In this document: one piece after another, positions 61,368 through 64,000 of the stretch
How the letters are laid out: each line of letters begins with the position of its first letter
Position numbering within the stretch: position 1 is the first letter of the stretch
Assembly: GCA_000708835.1 (NCBI GenBank)
Contig: DF237145.1
Location: forward strand, 86,010 to 150,009
DNA: 64,000 nucleotides
Origin: Klebsormidium nitens
Taxonomy: Eukaryota > Plantae > Klebsormidiophyceae
Direction: 5' to 3'
Position numbers and translations under genes: made by a program
Notes under the pieces: model-generated
The model's input: the letters and a program-made list of their open reading frames with translations, nothing else
The model's database searches: none
Told to the model about the DNA's origin: nothing

Positions 61368-61551
61368 ACTGAGTTCAAACCCTCAGTGCCCAACGCCAGT
61401 GCTGTTCACTGTTGCCAAAGCACTGAGGTTGCCAACAGCTCTAGTAGTAGTAGGCTGCACATAGGTACATAGCTGCTGCACGTCTGCTACAGTAGCAGAC
61501 GTGCGCGCTCAAGTGTGCCGAGTCACTGCACTCTGCAGAGTCAGAGTGCAG
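61368..61551. other. Cluster of three inverted repeats upstream of the FAD7 start codon
   Basis: CCTCAGTGC...GCACTGAGG (61381-61427), a 13 bp-arm palindrome GCACGTCTGCTAC-A-GTAGCAGACGTGC (61478-61504), and CTGCACTCTG-N6-CAGAGTGCAG (61526-61551). Confidence 0.8.
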
Positions 61552-62681
61552 AACTCGACCTCCGTATCCTGGAACACCAGTGCGCGGGCGCAGTTCAGCC
61601 ACCCTTTTGACGACGTGGATGCACCCGGACGATCTGAAAGATCCGCGGGATCAGTGATTTGGTCACCAAAGATCTTCTTGGAGCCCTTTCACACCTTCGA
61701 CCCGTCAGATCCAGAACGGCCACAAGGGGGCAAGCTGGAGAGTGTGTAAATATGTTATCCTTGCAGATACGACCGCCCTGGCGCCCGCGGGGGCCCGCCC
61801 CAGACCCAGTTCGTGCGTGTCATTCAAATCATTGGTTCGAAGTCCGGCCCCCGGGGACCGGGGAGCCAAAACCGCCACGGTAAACCTTCAGGCACGTGGC
61901 TAATTGTTGCCGCGCGCGCGGTAGGCGGGGCGGCGCGAGTCTCCAATTCCCCCCAACTCTCTCGACCGTCCGATGAGCAGGGTTCAGCCGAGCGCCGTCG
62001 ATCGGCGATTCTGCCGAACTGCAAAGAAAGTGCCCGGTTTGGCTCCGAATGCCATAAGCTATGCACCTTGGCAACGTTGAAAGCCACAAAGGCTGCCTGG
62101 CGAGCCTTCGCGAAGGGCTATACGTTGAGCTGAGCCTGGCACTGTCCGAGCTGAGCCGGCCCCAAGTGCAAATGCAACGACATACATCCATCTTCTGTCC
62201 CATTGCACTACCTCTCACAGTGCGGGCTTGTGAGTGCGAACAACTTGCAAGGCCTTAGCGACGCTACGGAGAGGGCGGGGCGGGATCCAACAGTGCAATG
62301 ATCTGTTCGCGCCGCAACTCCGAATCAAGGTGCGGCGTGCAATTGCGCGCATTGAACCCCATTTTGTGTGCTTCAAGTACCATTGAAGTGCACCGCTCTC
62401 ATTTTGTCTAAAGTGCTGACATATAGCTGGGGACTTTTGGTTTGCTCAGCCTCTGAATGACTCTCGGCCAATGCCGCGAGCTTTGGCAGAGGAGGGTGGT
62501 AGTACTATCATTGTTTGAACTCCGATAGGGCTGCGCCGGAGCAAAGCCACCCCACTTTGGCACATAGCGTGCTCTATACATGCCATCAGATCAAAGTGAC
62601 ATGACCCCCCTTTTGCGTGAGAGTCATCCTGTGGCGCCATTTTCAGCAACGTTCTTTTGTATCATGTGCGGAGTGACGCCC

Positions 62682-63930
62682 CAAGTCAAAAGTTTTGTCT
62701 TGAAGAGCTTAAAAAACTTTTGACTGGTCGGCGCTATTGTTGCTCACAGCGTTTGCGGAACTTAGGAGGAATAGTCAGCCTTGCGAGCGAGTCAAAAATT
62801 TTGTCTTGAAGGACTTAGATGCTTATTCTTAAGAGAGGACTTTTGACTGGTCTGCTCTGTCACTCACAATACCTGTTGGATTGCTGATGAACCGGTCGGC
62901 CTTACAAGCGAATCAACACTTTCGTCTCGAAGAAGGCTTGCATGCTTATATTAAGAGGGAACTTTTGACTCAGTCCCCGCTGTCACTCACAGCGTCTGTT
63001 GGATCTTATGTGGAATGGTCGGCCTTGCGAGCAAGTCAAAACCGTTGTCCTGAAGAGCTCAGCTTATGCTTATATTATAAGGGCCCTTTTAACTGATCGG
63101 CGCTGACACTCAGAGCGTCTGTCGGATCCTGCGTGGAATAGCCGGTCTTGCGAGCGAGTCAAAACTTTTGTCCTAAAGAGCTTAAAAGCTTAATTTACAA
63201 CTTAGGCAACTTTTGCTGATTTGCGCAATCACTCACAAGTTTTTGCGGAAATGGTCAGCTTTGTGCACAAGCGAGTCAAAACTTTTATCCCCAAGAGCTA
63301 AAATGCTCATTATTACGAGGCATCTTTTTGACTGGTTGGCGCTATCAGTCAAAAGCGTTTGAGGATCTTACGTGGAATCGTCGGCCTTGCGAGCGAGTCA
63401 AAACTTTTGTCCTGGAGAGCCTAAATGCATATAGTACGAGGAAACTTTTGACTGGTCCGCGCCATCGCTCACAACTTTTTGCGAAAAATGGTCGGTCTTG
63501 CCTACGAGTCAACATTTTTGTCTTGAAGAGTTCAAATGCTTATATTACGTGGGGACTTTTGACTGGTTGGCGCCATCAGTCACAACGTTTGAGGATCTTA
63601 CGTGGAATGGCCCCGGCCTTGCGACCAAGTCAAAACTCTTGTCCTGGAGAGCTCAAATGCTTATATTACGTGGGGACTTTTGACTGGTTGGCGCTATCAG
63701 TCACAGCGTGCGAGGATCTTCTGTAGAATGGTCGGCCCTGCAAGCGAGTCAAAAGTCTTGTCCTGGCGAGCTCAAAAGCTTATGTCAAGAGGGAAGTTTC
63801 GACTGATCCACGCAATCACACACAACATCTGAGGATCTTGGTTGGAATGGTCGGCCCTGCAAGCGAGTCAAAACTTTTGTCTTGAAGACCTCAAATGCTT
63901 ATATCAAGAGGGAACTTTTGACTGATCCAC
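62682..63930. repeat. Tandem array of about 11 degenerate ~118-122 bp units with an internal inverted repeat
   Basis: Recurrent unit GCGAGTCAAAACTTTTGTCTTGAAGAGCTCAAATGCTTATATTA...ACTTTTGACTGG...GGAATGGTCGGCCTT, with GAGTCAAAA-like starts near 62684, 62789, 62905, 63033, 63156, 63272, 63394, 63505, 63627, 63746 and 63865. Confidence 0.92.
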
Positions 63931-64000
63931 GTACGATGATTGTGATCATGTTGGCCAGCTATATGCAGGGAGCTGGCAGGATAACTACACACGATCAGCT

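Noticed and set aside
62682-63930. Possible CRISPR array
   Set aside because: The whole ~120 bp unit is repeated with diffuse divergence, there are no unique spacers and no cas genes, and the context is eukaryotic.

Overview
Intron-rich eukaryotic DNA, inferred to be from a streptophyte green alga such as Klebsormidium (plant-type FAD7 and LRR exon structures, plastid transit peptides, TTTTAGGG-like repeats). I reconstructed exons by hand from splice signals and reading phase. Seven gene models, in order: (1) a 5'-truncated coiled-coil protein (+); (2) an ~18 kb receptor-like gene (-) encoding a bacterial-type two-component-regulator beta-propeller, a Y_Y_Y-like domain, one TM helix, a class III adenylyl cyclase and a class I phosphodiesterase; (3) head-to-head with it, a gene (+) encoding a transit-peptide-like leader, a degenerate calmodulin-like lobe and two cNMP-binding domains; (4) a CCD7/ACO-like carotenoid cleavage dioxygenase (+) with no start of its own, which can be joined in frame to gene 3 through one GC-AG intron; (5) a secreted or GPI-type LRR receptor-like protein (-); (6) a second, plastid-type CCD (+); (7) a plastidial omega-3 desaturase FAD7 (-). 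The best candidate for an undescribed system is the cAMP module: a sensor-cyclase-PDE paired with a putative cAMP-regulated carotenoid dioxygenase. Other notable items are a U12-like intron with an atypical AC 5' end inside the cyclase catalytic motif, many degenerate copies of exon edges in adjacent introns, a TIR/TSD-bounded MITE-like insertion spanning an assembly gap, and an ~120 bp tandem array. No expression data or database searches were available, so all gene models are predictions.
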